IMG/VR virus record: IMGVR_UViG_3300042146_000099 | Span: 9,470 to 73,469 of that record | DNA: 64,000 nt | Direction: 5' to 3' (one strand) | Source of the DNA: a virus | Shown: piece by piece, positions 63,856 to 64,000 of the stretch | How the letters are laid out: each line of letters opens with the position of its first letter | How positions within the stretch are numbered: the first letter of the stretch is position 1 | The notes under the pieces: model-generated | What the model was told of the DNA's origin: nothing | The model's input: only the letters and a program-made list of their open reading frames with translations | The model's database searches: none | Made by a program: the position numbers and the translations under genes

Positions 63856-64000
63856 TGGCCGCGATCGACTACGACTTGGAGTTTCTGGAGGACGGCCGCT
63901 CGATCGAGTTGATCTCCATCGGCATGGTGTGCGACGACGGACGCGAGTACTACGCCGTGAACCGCGACATGCCCGTGCGGCGAATCCGGAAGCACAAGTG
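63855..64000 (+). CDS. Partial DEDD 3'-5' exoribonuclease (RNase AS/Rv2179c-like)
   Basis: YDLEFLEDGRSIELISIGMVCDDGREYYAV. Confidence 0.8.
   Translation, partial: MAAIDYDLEFLEDGRSIELISIGMVCDDGREYYAVNRDMPVRRIRKHK

Noticed and set aside
1-64000. CRISPR array, tRNA, rRNA, IS element, integrase
   Set aside because: None recognised by eye; tRNAscan and repeat finders were not run

Overview
High-GC actinobacterial (Streptomyces-like) siphovirus or prophage; no integrase, att site or host flank is visible. Layout: (1) 1-19.3 kb, + strand early/replication region with Rad52-like annealing protein, DnaQ-like exonuclease, RuvC, two DNA methyltransferases, WhiB-HNH fusion, antirepressor, replication initiator with iterons, PAPS-reductase-like protein, SLOG protein and many small ORFs. 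(2) 19.3-30.9 kb accessory island: two copies of a divergent HTH / GIY-YIG-Phd cassette, a plasmid/AICE-type transfer module (Nudix, SpdB-like, TraB-like FtsK ATPase, SpdD-like), a stand-alone WYL protein, and two small ORFs missing from the ORF track that end in FxSxx-COOH (19348-19524 minus, 26660-26782 plus), with no radical SAM maturase in the window. (3) 32.8-41.9 kb, + strand sugar-epimerase/glycosyltransferase cassette lying antisense between two related tail-fibre genes. (4) 41.9-62.7 kb, minus strand virion operon from terminase to tail fibre. (5) Divergent amidase endolysin and a partial RNase AS-like gene at the right edge. All calls come from motif recognition by eye; no searches were run.
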